Assembly: GCF_018977255.1 (NCBI RefSeq) | Contig: NW_024704742.1 | Span: 3,102,001-3,166,000, forward strand | Source of the DNA: Callorhinchus milii | Lineage: Eukaryota | Length of the DNA stretch: 64,000 bases | Direction: 5' to 3' | Shown: positions 12,040-24,274 of the stretch, piece by piece | How positions within the stretch are numbered: position 1 is the first letter of the stretch | Layout: the number at the start of each line of letters is the position of its first letter | Made by a program: the position numbers and the translations under genes | The notes under the pieces: model-generated | Seen by the model: the letters and a program-made list of their open reading frames with translations, nothing else | Told to the model about the DNA's origin: nothing | Databases searched by the model: none

Positions 12040-13499
12040 CTGCGGAATAAAAAATTCGGAGTGCTTTGTGCTTTCCTCTTCGTGCAACTTGAGGCAAAGT
12101 CTCACATTGGTCACAACACGATGGAATGTGAATTTTGCACGGACATGAGACAAGGTGTCGATCTTAAACCAGCACCGGATGATGCCTCTGATGGCACCGT
12201 TGGACACGAAGGATTGACGTCTTGACACGTGCGAGTTACGTTAATGAACCTGGAGCAGTGAAGTCTAATGAGGAGGTCCTGATGGTTTGCGGAGAAGACG
12301 CGATTGTGTTTGCTTTGCAATTATTAAAGATGGGAGCGCATCTTTTTTCCCAGCTCTCTCCAGAACTCAACCACTTGTGTGTGCGTGCGTGAGCTCTTTT
12401 TTTTTTTTGCAGCCTCTCTGTACTAAAGAACCACGTAAATTAAGAAAAAAAATCACGCTGAGCTTCACAGACAGGCTTATGATCCAAAGCAAAAGCAGGC
12501 TCAGTACAAAGCATTTTAGAAGATCTGTTCTGCGCAGTTGCCACTCTTAAGAAGGTAGAATTCCTTTGATAATCCTAAAAGTGACACTGGGATTATATCA
12601 AGCCTACAGAACACTGTCTTTACAGTGAACTGTCCTTCCTGTAGTATTCATCGGAATAATATTTAAAGTCATATGATATTGCTGCATTGGAATGTGTCTT
12701 CTCAGGCAGCTACGATACAAGCAATTTGTTACCTGGGGAGGGAACCGTTGTGTAGCTTGTGTGTGCGCGTTTATGGAACTGCAGGCGAGACTTGTTTTAA
12801 CACAACGGGCCCTGTTCTGCACTTCTAGTGATGGCACTAAGGAAAAGCGGCGCAGGCACACCATCGCCATCGAACGCGGATGTTTCGAGATTAATTTACA
12901 CCTCGGACGCTCGGAAGATAGCAGCCGTCAAGAATTTGTCCGCCTGTTTGGACATCGCTGTTCCACATGTTTGACCAGATGACGAGAATAAACAAATTCA
13001 ATAAGATTCACATGGCTTCAGTTAGGGTGCACTTTGCCTTGGCTTTGAGAGGTCGCAGCCCCTTTAAAGTTTTGCAACGTGTACGCAAGCAGCGCTTCAA
13101 ACACACAATCGCAGTAACATAACGCATGCATAAAAGTATAGCAAACGTGGGGAAATGAATAGCGTGATGGACAGCAGCCAAAAGTTGGAAGGCACTGATC
13201 TAATCAAGTGGCCATCGATGATGCTGTACCCTGTCAGAATGAAGCTCGTGTGTTTCGTACCCTGAGACCGTTGATGCTTTTTTTGCACCGTCTACCTTAT
13301 CTATTATTTTTAATAACAGATACAGTTCCATTTTGATCCTTCCAATTTGGAGATTGTCTGCCCAGGAGGCAGGTGTTTCTCTGAGGGTAATACCCGTGTA
13401 GGCAAATTGTAAGCATGACGGCATAAGCAAGAAGACATTTATGTATCTGATACGATTTGTGCAGGTCATTGCTAGGCTTACATAGTGACCAAGGTATAA

Positions 13500-14072
13500 A
13501 AACACAATGACGATATAATATAGGTTGACACACTGCCTTTCACATCCCAAAGGGCTTGACGATTCTGGCTGGGCCCTGGAGCCGAGGGATGGGAGCTGAA
13601 AGGGGGTGAGGAGGTGAGAGAGGATCGAAAAGCCCGGTCGAAGCGGTACATCTTGAGAGATACCTTGAAAAGTGGAAGAGAGGGAACGAGTTGGAGGGAC
13701 CTGGGAATGGAGCTCCAGAGAGTGGGTGACAAGCAGCTGAAAACCCCTCCTGCTGGTGGTGGGGTGGATTGGGACGGAAATGCAGTATAAGGATATTAGA
13801 CACAGATACAAGAGGTGTAATGTTTACAAACAATACGCCACGGGAAACGGAGCGCTTGAAATGTTTATTGAAATGACTCAGAATAAAGATGATGAGATCT
13901 CTTGCGAGGCGAACGCTCTCACCACTCAGCCGCAGGACTCCACAAAGAAATCGAGAATGAAGGCTCTGTATGTGAGAGGGAGGATCTTGAAGTTTGTCCA
14001 TTCAGAGACAGGGAGCCATTGGAGCTTCAAAAGTATTGGGGTGAGGGTGAGAATATCGGTGGCGGAGTTTTG
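13500..14072 (-). mobile_element. Older L2 LINE 3' fragment, interrupted at about 13780-13955
   Basis: Minus frame LWSSIPRSLQLVPSLPLFKVSLKMYRFDRAF; second block with ttcaagatcctc beyond the interruption. Confidence 0.8.
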
Positions 14073-14688
14073 TCTTTCAAGTTAGCCTCTAAAACAAATT
14101 TCAGCAAACAGAGTCTGACCCTCTGGACAATTAGCTTTACTTTTGGCCGTTGACGAAAACCGCATCACCGTAGCAGTTCGAATGCAAAGGATTTACCTAT
14201 CTTTATTAGCCATTGAAATCCATTCTACTTGAAGACCGAGAAAACGCAAACACTGAACCCAATCCTGGGTTTGTTTTGCTTTTGCATCAGGAGGCTTTGC
14301 TGAGTAGCTGACAACGTCGGACTCCAGCTGTGAGCACTGACAAGTGGTCCATGTTATCCTTTTGAATGCACAAAGATGAACCCGCGTGCCCCCCAGAGAA
14401 GCTTTATCCTGGGAATAAGCAGTGTCACAATCTTGGAACAACCTTGTGGCGTGACAGGGTCAGAAGAATGACAGCTGAGCCTGCTTTCCGAGTTCCCGAT
14501 CTACCATCTCTGTCAGAGAGCCGGTGGATGCTTTCAAACTCTTCCTGTTAAGCCGTTGTACCCTTTGCTGCACTGACTTCACGTGCGTTCTTGCTCCGGT
14601 TCCGTGCTCCTTTGCGCGAATTTGTGTCTGTCGTTCTGTCTTCTCGGCGCTCCAGAAAAATAGGTTGACGAGCTCGTTAGATTAATTT

Positions 14689-15011
14689 ATAATAATAATA
14701 ATAATCCTTGCATTTGATATAGCGCTTTTCACGTCGGGAGGACGTCCCAAAGCGCTTCACAGAATATACTGTAAAGTGAATTGACTGTATATTTGTGGGC
14801 GAACGCGGCGGCCAATTGCGCACAGCAATGTCCCACAAACAGTCGTGGATTGAAAATGACCAATTTATTATTGTTTTTGGTTTTGGAGGGATTATTATTA
14901 GGCTCTGTGTGGAGTAAGGAAACTTGCCCAAGGTTTCGCCCTCTGCCTGGAATTGAACTCAGGTCTCTCACTTGCAAAGCGAGTGCTCTAACCACTGAGC
15001 TACAGGACTCC
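14689..15011 (-). mobile_element. Young tRNA-derived SINE, subfamily A, full length
   Basis: Reverse complement nearly identical to 58882-59207, sharing ggcagagggcg and ccacacagagc variants. Confidence 0.95.
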
Positions 15012-15852
15012 GCTATTATATATTAGTGACTGTACTGACGTCAAAAGTGAAAAGGAAAATTCTTGATGCTGCAAACACCAGTGGGTAGAATCGCGCAGAA
15101 AATTTTAATGATGATGATCAAAATCACAAACGACAGCGTGCGACTTTTGATTAAGTAATCGCCATGTAACCCATTCAGTTGATACCCCATTATGTTAATC
15201 ACCAGATACATTATGCAAAGAGAGCTCGTTCAAATTAAAGGCAGGCTGCGAGGAAAGAGAAGGCAGGGAGAATCGGTGCCGTGCTGATGCTGCTAACAGC
15301 TCCGACAGTTACTGAACCAATCTCTCGGACACCAAAACAATCCAAGGACAATATTCAGCACAGGGTGCTGGGACGCCATTGAACAGTGGTCGAACTTGTT
15401 CAAAGCTTTCATGGTCTGTGCGCTTGATTGGATTCGCTTTGACTTTTCTGAAGAGAGCACTTTATTTTTCAGCGCACGCTGGAGCACGAGGAGAACATAC
15501 TCACTGAACCGTTTAACCCACGGATGCACTGAAATGATTCTCAAGCATTCATCAGGGCTTCTCCCCTGAGCAAACTTCTTTGACATCAGCAGCAGGTAAC
15601 GAGTGTGGGTCAGAATCAAAGCACAGATTGATTAAGTCCAGAGAAGAGAAAATCCAGCACTTTTGAGTTTCGAGCTCGGTTCTGACCATTCAAGAAACGT
15701 TTCTTTGTTTTTTTTAACCTCCAGCCTCTTTCGCAAAGATAAATAGAATTTTGCCAGAAAATTGCGAGTGGGTCAAAGGCTGGCTAAACAAAAATTGAGG
15801 GCTTGAACTGTGCATCTGATGCTTTGAGTCGGGGAGTTGAGTGCCTGTAATC

Positions 15853-16420
15853 CAAAGCCGGTCAGGAAGCTCGGCGTTCTTTTCGACCCTGAGCTGTCCT
15901 TTCTTCCTCATATCCGCGCCACAACTGGCACCGCCTTCCATCACCTCCGAAACATCGCCAGACTACGGCGCTACCTCACCCCTCACGCAGCTGAAACTCT
16001 GGTCCACACCTTTATCACCTCAAGGCTGGACTATGGGAACTCTCTCCTCGCCGGCCTTCCCACCACCTCCCTCCACACTGCAGGTCATCCAGAACTCTGC
16101 AGCTCGTGTACTGTCCCGCACCAGACACCGCGACCACATCACTCCCACCCTCGCTCGCCTCCACTGGCTCCCCATCCCCCAGTGCCTTCGCCGCTTCCTC
16201 CCTTTCCTCCTTCAAGGCCGGTCTCAAGACCTTTCTCTTTGACCGTGCCTTCAGCTCCCCTCTCGACTCTCTACCCCCTCCTCGCTCCCTCCCTTCCCTC
16301 CCCTCACCCTGACCATTTCCCCCCAATGCTCGGGTCCCGACCCAACTGTCCAGCGCCTTGGGACGTCCTCCCGACGTGAAAGGCGCTCTATAAATGGAAT
16401 CTTGTTGTTGTTGCTGTTGT
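15853..16420 (+). mobile_element. L2 LINE 3' fragment with internal deletion
   Basis: PVRKLGVLFDPELSF...HLRNIARLRRYLT...ITSRLDYGNSLLAGLP; HITPTLARLHWLP; tail cttgttgttgttg. Confidence 0.93.
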
Positions 16421-16731
16421 AATCAGAGCAGAGATGGGTTGAAATACTTCTTTCCGAGAATGTCCTCCAAAACATGATCTTAAGTCAATAACCGCGCAAA
16501 AACTATACTGATCCTGGACAGAAACGTAGGTGTCAATGAGTTCAACTAAGAAAATGCCTTTGCAGGATTGGGGACTATTAAAGGCTGTTAGGCAGCAAAT
16601 GCTAACCTGTAGTTCTATTTGGACGTAGAAATTGGGTGACTACCAGGTTTGAACTTTGTTTGGCGTGAAAGATACTGTATAAAAATGTAAATTTGTCTTG
16701 CAAATGTCAGGTTAAGTTTCAAGTCTCGAGT

Positions 16732-16845
16732 TATAATAATAATAATAATAATCCTTGCATTTGATACAGCGCTTTTCACGTCTTCAAGACGTCTCAAAGC
16801 GCTTCACAGAATATACCGTACAGTGAATTGATTGTATATTTGTTG
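16732..16845 (-). mobile_element. Young SINE, 3' tail fragment
   Basis: (aat)n ccttgcatttgatacagcgcttttcacgtcttcaagacgtctcaaagcgc. Confidence 0.88.
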
Positions 16846-17434
16846 GCCAGAGTAGCAAATTCAGGGTTAATCATCATTTGCCTCACTAGTCGTCCACTAG
16901 CAAACTAAGGACTGGATGAAACAAGCAAACTCCTTGAATTGACCGGAACATTATACAGAGGCTGTGTGTGTGGAATGTGATTACATGTGTTCTGGTAACA
17001 ATGAATAAATCACACGGGAGCTGAATTGATGAAGCAGTGTGTTGGAGAAGTTCACCTCTGAGTTAGAGGCAATGTTTAGAGTCAATTGCTGCTCATCCTG
17101 AGCCAGTGCTTACATGCTGGTGCCGTGCTTGGAAATCTACAACGAAAATTTGTCCACGTTCATTCGGATTTCAGCGTTGCACTGGCGTAGTTTAAAGAGG
17201 GAGTTTCATTCCCACTGGAATCTGTCATTGCCCCTTTGCCGGTGAGTTCAACCCATTAGGAGACAATGACTAAATATGTATCATAGTTAGAAAAGAGCAT
17301 ATTTTAGACATTTCCCCCCAACGTTTCCCAGTATCAACTTTGAAAATCAAAGAATTTGCAATGAACTTGACATGCCTTATCTCTTCTTGACCTGGTGTGA
17401 CCAGACTACCAGAGATCGTCTATTGGTCTGTAGG

Positions 17435-17810
17435 CATGAGTCTGGCTCTGTTGGTAACTCTCTAGTCTCCGAATCAGAAAATTCGGGTTGGAAACCCCTT
17501 CAGGACTTTAAACTCACAGTCTAGGCCGACATTCCAGTACATTGTTGGAGGCGCTGTCCTTTCAAAGAGACATTAAAACAAGATCCCGAGGCATTACTCA
17601 AAATGAGAAGGACTCCTGGTGTCCGTCCTGGTCAACAATCTCCCGAATAAAAATTGATCACTTGCTACGTGGCTATTTGTGGGACATTGCTGTGGCGTCA
17701 AAATTGGCTGTCGCATGCACGTGCGTCCACCCAACAGTAAAATGCTGGGAAGGGATTCAGAAGTCTGGAATGAAGTGCTAAGGCGCTATCTATCAAATGC
17801 GAGGCTTACT
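17435..17810 (+). mobile_element. SacSINE1-like DeuSINE, degraded
   Basis: tggctctgttggtaactctc head, tttgtgggacattgctgt...aaaattggctgtcgc, aggcgctatc tail. Confidence 0.78.
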
Positions 17811-18517
17811 GTTACACGGAACAACAAGTGCTGCTCAAGTCCTTGACTGCCGTGTTTTAGAAGCGATATCTTTCAATTGAGCAACACGATGGGCTTCAGT
17901 CCTGAGCAGACTGATAGCGGACGATTAAAGACTCTCAGGTCAACTCAGCAGCAGAAACAAACACCTGAAAATGGAAAAAAAACACACAAAAGAAATCCAT
18001 TAAGTTTCCACGCTCGTCTGTCGAGCGATTTTTTTTTAGAAAAAAGATGAAGCAGGCTATGCTCTGGTACTCTCTGCATATTAAGTGTCAGTGCCTGAAG
18101 ACAATACACTGACATCATTGCCTCGGTGAGGATTTGAAGAAAATGGTACGTGACTTTTTACTGCTGCTGACAACGATTCCTGTGCAGCAGGAAGGCAAAC
18201 AGATCAACATTAACACAAGGTTTAATCGGAGTCGATTTTGCCGCTCATTTTAGGGTTAATTGTGTTTTTATCACAGGGTTTACGCGCACAAAGCACCGGA
18301 TTCTGTCGCTCAGGTGTACAGGACACACCGTCACCACACCTACGCTTCGATAGACGGGAGGCGAAAGAAACGACACACTGCGTTGTCGGAGGTGTTGTTT
18401 TTCCAGATGAGATGTTAAAATAAATTTCCGTCTGTCTGATCTTCTGATGCATGTTAAAGATCCCATTACTATGTAAAAACAACCGAAGGGAGCTTCTTCC
18501 AATCTCCTAACCAAGGA

Positions 18518-18575
18518 ACAAAAACAAATTGCATTTATATAGCGCCTTTCACGTCGGGAGGACGTCCCAAGGTGT
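18518..18575 (-). mobile_element. L2 tail-only insertion, about 55 bp
   Basis: gcatttatatagcgcctttcacgtcgggaggacgtcccaagg, lying among old SINE remnants at 18375-18710. Confidence 0.8.
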
Positions 18576-18988
18576 GCCCCAAATTAATTAGTTATTTCCC
18601 TCGTGGCTCACACAATTTAGCTGCTGGGTTTGTCTTCAGCGACACTATATTTGACAGTGATTATTTGTGAAGCACCTTTGAGACTTTTCAATGTGATGAT
18701 GTGCGATAAAAATGCACGATTTTTCTTTCTTCGGTCAATCTGCACTTTCCGATCTAATAAGCACCATGTGTTGCCCAAAATTCGAATGGTTCTGTGCAAA
18801 GCATCGGTTCCAATAAAATCAGGAAAACGTACAATAGACAGTTTGAAATCCAAAAGCAACGCCAAATAGCTGGAGTGAAAAACTAGAGTGGATTGCAGAT
18901 ACTTCCAGATGTGATTTATTATAATATTTGAGATATGTAATCCCAGGAGCTGGCACTAACTCACTCATACACCCCCTTCCCCCAATTC

Positions 18989-19347
18989 GCACTCGCCTCG
19001 CAAGCGAGAGGACCTGGGTTCAATTCGCGGACAGGGCGAGATGTTAGGAATATTTTCTTACTCCACACGCCTCTGTTTGCCCGGCAGTAAGTAGGAACCC
19101 GGTTGTTAGTCGATTGGCGGATCGCTCTTCCGGGGGTAATAATCCCTTCAAAAAAAATTAAAATAATAACTTGGTCACTCAATCCACGACTGTTTGTTGG
19201 ACGCTGCTGTGCGCAATTGGCTGCCGCATTAGGCCCACAAAAGATACAATCCATTCACTTTACATATTCTGTGAAGCGTTTTGAGACGTCTCGAAGACGT
19301 GATAAGGCGCTGTATCAAATACAAGGATTAGTATTATTATTGTTATT
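18989..19347 (+). mobile_element. tRNA-derived SINE, long subfamily B, missing A-box
   Basis: Head from gcactcgcctcgcaagcgag; extra block gcctctgtttgcccggcagtaagtaggaacccggttgttagtcgattggcggatcgc; L2-type tail. Confidence 0.92.
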
Positions 19348-19384
19348 AAATTCATGCCCAAGCAATCCTGTGCGGTTACACTAA

Positions 19385-19470
19385 CCCACATAAATACGTG
19401 GAACTCTCTGGTTTGGATACTCTTAAACCACGGTGATGGATTTCCACATGTGTCAGACAAGTACCTGTCC
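19385..19470 (+). repeat. Unclassified interspersed repeat family X, short copy
   Basis: ggtttggatactctt...tttccacatgtgtcagaca aligns with 33610-33665. Confidence 0.75.
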
Positions 19471-19475
19471 AAAAT

Positions 19476-19631
19476 ATTCATTCATTCATTCATTCATTCA
19501 TTCATTCATTCATTCATTCATTCATTCATTCATTCATTTATTTATTTATTTATCTATTTATTTATTTATTTATTTATTTATTTATTTGTTTGTTTGTTTG
19601 TTTGTTTGTTTGTTTGTTTGTTTGTTTGTTT
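19476..19631. repeat. Compound microsatellite (TTCA)n(TTTA)n(TTTG)n
   Basis: Directly visible. Confidence 0.98.
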
Positions 19632-20838
19632 ATTGTTACAGATTTCTGATATAGTTAAGTCATTATCCTGTTTTAAAAAAAAGCAAATGTGCATTTCTGT
19701 AGTTATTTTTGGTCACCTGGAGACATCTCATAGAACTTCCTAGTAATTACTGTTCGACTGTGTGAATGTTTTCGAGGATAAATCCTGCAGCTATTTTGCA
19801 CTCAGAACAGTCCAACAAAGGGCCATGATTAATTAATCTGAGCAGTGCAGAGGAGAGCAACAGGACGACCTCAGTATTAGAGGGATGAGGTGTGAGCAGG
19901 GCCAACAGAAAATTGGGGAAGTATTTTCAAAAAATTGCGAGGGCATTTGACTAATTTTGTGGAAAATTACAGCAAGTCGATTGGTGCTACGGAGGTACAT
20001 TTTTACTGTAAACCTACATTTTTTTTCGTTTTATTGAGAAAAACTAAGCATGAAGAAACAACACATGTTAACATATTATTAGATCGTTGCAAAATAAATA
20101 TTAATGGGGCCGGGGAGGGTGAGTGAGGGGGGTGGGGGGGTGCGTGGGAGAGGGCCACACCAGCGCAGGTCCGAACGCTGAACGGTCAGTTTCCACCCGG
20201 TGCTACATTTGAAGGCCCGGAGATCTGCCAAACACCAGCATTGCTCGCCAAGCTCGTCTGCGTTCTGACGGCTACAGGAGGTCATCGCCTACGAGGTGAA
20301 TTGCTGCTCTCTGTAGCTGATACCGAAACAAAGATAAGGATTTTCCATTAAAATGATTCCTACCCACCAGCGCGCAGTGGATGGCGTTCGCGTCTTGCTG
20401 GTGGCACTTACAGGGCTCCGCTGTCCTTTCGAGTCATTCTTATTTTGCAAGATTGTTATCGTGCTGGCTTAGTGGCTTGCTGCCCTGGAATGATGTTGCT
20501 TTCATTGCAATCTTTGCTAATCTAGTCGAGAGGGTAATGCAGTGATTTAATCCATCCAATCCTTGGTAAACTACTCAGGATTAAGCACAAGCACTGCAAC
20601 CTTTTCACTGCGAACCCTATTGTTACAGAAGACCTCCACTCACAAATCTTGCAGGCATGTTGACATTCTTCCCATGTTACTAGTTGCTCGTACATGTGGC
20701 TCAATGTTAACTTTATAAGCGTACGTGCGTGTCATCCAGCGAATCGCACTTTACATTTTTTTAGGCACCTGTTGAATCGAAAGTGCCTTATGTCCCAAAG
20801 TCTTTAATCGCTGGTGCTAGGAGTCGCAAGCACCAGCA

Positions 20839-21757
20839 GCTAAATTTTCAGATGACACAAAGCTAATGAAGGTGGTGGACTGCAAACATGAACAGATTAG
20901 GTTGCAGGAGGACTTGAACGTTCTTGGGAATTGGGCAGATTGATGGCAGATGAAATTTAATGTTGAGAAATGCAAAGTGCTTCACACGGGGACAAAAAAT
21001 CCAGGAAGGGACTATTGCTAAAAGGGTAAGAGAATAACCTGTACAGAAATTAAAAGGACTTGGGCGACCTGGGCGGGGATCCTGGTTGATAATAAATTGA
21101 AGCTATCACAACAGTGCTCGGTGGCAATGAGTAAGGCAAACCAGATGCTGGGATGTATTAAAAGGGCATTATTAAGATGAAATAATGGGGTAATCCTGCC
21201 ACTTTATAAATCACTGGTGCGACCGCACTTGGAATATTCTGCACCGTTATAAAAAGGACATTGCAATGATTGAGAGATCACGGAGGAGGGTAACCAAAAT
21301 GATGAGGCGATGGAGGGACTGGACTAGGAGGAGCGATTAGACAAACTGGGCATGTTCACACTGGACAGGAGAAGGTTAAGGGGTGATATGATTACGGTCT
21401 TTAAGATGTCTGAAGGGAATAGGTATTGTAGACTATGGTAGGCTGTTTTATCTTATACTTAACAATAGCACAAGAGGACATGGCCTGCGATTGAAGGGGG
21501 ATAAATTCAGATCAAATCTGCGGAATCACTAATTCAATGAGCGAGCAGCAAACTTATGGAACAGGCTCCCTAGGGAGACAGTGGAAGCAGAAAATGTTAT
21601 CTGTTCCAAGTATAAATTGGATAGATTTCTGCTAGAAAATAATATCTCGGGATACAGTTCGGGACATGACATGTCAAGCGACTGCCAGGATGGTGGAAGG
21701 CGAACGAGATGGACCTTGGTCCTCTTTCGCCCGCAAATTCTTATGTCCTTATTTATG
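20839..21757 (+). mobile_element. CR1 LINE 3' fragment, about 920 bp, pseudogenised
   Basis: KFSDDTKL...LQEDL...WQMKFNVEKCKVLH; LYKSLVRPHLEY; ERLDKLGMFTLDRRRLRGDMI; in-frame stops; tail ttcttatgtccttat. Confidence 0.95.
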
Positions 21758-24274
21758 ACTGGCAGCCCTAGAAAGCCCTGTTGTTGGGTTTGATTCAGTG
21801 CCGGATTATGGGTTGAAAGTTGTTCTTTCTCTGTCTCTACTGTACAATGTGGGAGAAAATTTAACAATCTCCTTTCCGACTGAAGGGATCAACCTGGAGC
21901 GCAAAACTGTCCACAGTGGGACTTCATTTGTGAGTTGGGTTCAAAAGTGGCAAGTGGGGTTAAGCGTGTGTAACACTGGGCGTGCAAAGGGAATTCCAGA
22001 TGCCATGAATTATACAATTAATCAACAAAGAGGATAACTAGTGATTCTGTAAAGCTTTCCAATGGTTAAATACATACTTAAGGCCACCTGCCGGTGTTTG
22101 CACATGCTTCACCCAACCAATTTGCAAATAGGTTATTAACCTAACTCGCCCATTAAATCTCAATGTGTCACACATTTGGTATCTCCTCCAGAATGAGTAT
22201 TGCTGGGAGAGAGACGAAAACATCACACTGGCAGAGTGGAGGAAGGGCTACTGTTAAGCAATTGGTAGCTCCTTACTTATTGGGGGCAGAACGGAGAGCA
22301 CTTTGAGTTTGACAGACATGAGAATCATTTCTGTTGATAACTGGACGAGTAAAAAGAGAAAAGTGTTCCGTTTCTCACTTACCGTATTTGCTTCGCTTGG
22401 ATTAGTGCGGAGGAAGTAAAAAATATTACAAGGGTACATTGTTTTTTTTTTAAAAAGACGAAAATGCTGAAAGAATTTTAGACCGCAAGATTTGGTGCGA
22501 CGTCACAAGAGATGCGGGGTGGAAAATGAATTAGTCTGGGCTCAACATGGCTCTTTGACCTTGATTAGTGGTCCCTCGAGACCAGTGCTAAAATTTTCAA
22601 CGTGTCCCTTTTAAGCTCGGGGCCACTGAATCCTAACAGCCATCAGAGCCACTGAATAGAGCGAACAAATTGTCTCAGTTTGACAGGGCCCTTTTCAGAG
22701 CACTTACTGCAAGGTGAATAGTTTAATGGTTCCTGATAACTTTCACACATCCCGGAAAAGAACACTTTTTATTACTTTAATTTAATACCCTATGATTTGT
22801 GCTGTCCGCTGGTTTTTTTTTTTGTAAATCTCTGGGGGGCAATTTGCATGTAAACGTTCTTGTAAAGAATCCCCCAAAAAAAATTTTTTTAAATCGGGTA
22901 AAGTGGCAAATTCCACTGAAAGACCAGGGCTGTGTTCAGGCGACTAATTTTCAGGGAAGAAAATAAAACTTTTGGGAATACTGAAGTCCAATTTAATTTA
23001 GTATTGACCTGCAAGACACCAACTTGCATTTACTTGAATGGCCTTCAATGCAGCTTAACACTGTGAACGTGCTGTTATTATTGTACAGAGATGCGGGTCA
23101 GACACCAAGCAAAGGCGAAATGAGCATAGGCACAGTTGACGATGTAAGTTTTAAGAAGGGACTTCAAGGCAGATGAGAGGGGATGAGATGGAAAATTCGT
23201 ACATTCAGTCTCAATTCAAACGTTGGTTCTTTTCAGCAACTGCGGAAAATCAGCTTCAGGATTTCCATTGAATCTCAGAACTGTATGGAATTCTTAAAAA
23301 CGTGAGATAAATTGGACTCACAGACTAACACTGGGTGGAATTTTGATTACAATTATAATTGATTATAAACATCCTGGACCACAAGTAAAGCACTGATTTT
23401 TATTCCGATGTTTTATTTTCAAGTGGATCTGAAAAGCGAAATAAATTTACAAACCATAAAGAGTCTCAAATAAATCTTGCTTCTCCCTTTCAGATGTGCT
23501 TTGACCCACTGTGAACTTCCAGCATCTCTTGAAGATCTTTTCATCTAGAGCAGGTGAAGTCTGCTGTGTGCCAGGTAGGCAAACCATTAAGTTGCCTTTT
23601 CAAAGGACCAATGTGGAGCTGAGAGGCAGCTTGCTTATAAAGGCTGCGCAAACAGATAAGGGCATAAGTACCTCAGCAGCGCTTTCTTCTGCAACTGAGA
23701 ATTTCTCTACTTGACTTGTTCGAGTTCAGCTAAACTCATTAAAAAAAGAGAGAGGAAACTGTGGGACACTTTCCATACCCTGAACCAATTACATAGCTGT
23801 CTGTAGTGAGTGGTCATCATTCCGTTAGGTTTCCTTACGCTGGTGCCAGCATGAATGTCCAATTCACGTTCATCTGTCTGATATCTGTCTGTCGCAGGCT
23901 CTCAGAAGGTTCCCTTCAACTTCCGTGAAGTTCATTGGTCACAAACACTCTAGAAGGTAAAAAGATATACCGTTAATAATATAATCGTTTGTATTGCATT
24001 TGTATTTACATGAAAAATATGTCCCTAATATAAGTGATTGGAAACAAAGTCAATAGTAGTTTATGCAAGTAAACAGGGCAGCTAATCTGCAGATACACCA
24101 TCTCGTAAAGAACGATGAGATGAGCAGCCGGTTCATTTGAACATGTGAGTGAATTTGGATTATAAAGGGGAAATATCAACTCTGGAATCATTCCAAATCA
24201 TTGGAACCTGCCCAGGGCTGAAGGACTTTCTCATAATGTCTGTCGGTGTTGCATAAATCTCCTTTCTTGTCTCA

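Noticed and set aside
11662..12228. 188-aa minus-strand ORF
   Set aside because: GTG start, runs through low-complexity CT and A tracts and across a likely splice acceptor; no recognisable domain.
12692..12982. 96-aa ORF with KRRRHTI motif and a possible acceptor near 12828
   Set aside because: No recognisable homology or flanking exon structure.
15837..16379. 180-aa RT-like ORF (also 24352-24924)
   Set aside because: Frameshifted and deleted L2 ORF2 remnants, not host genes.
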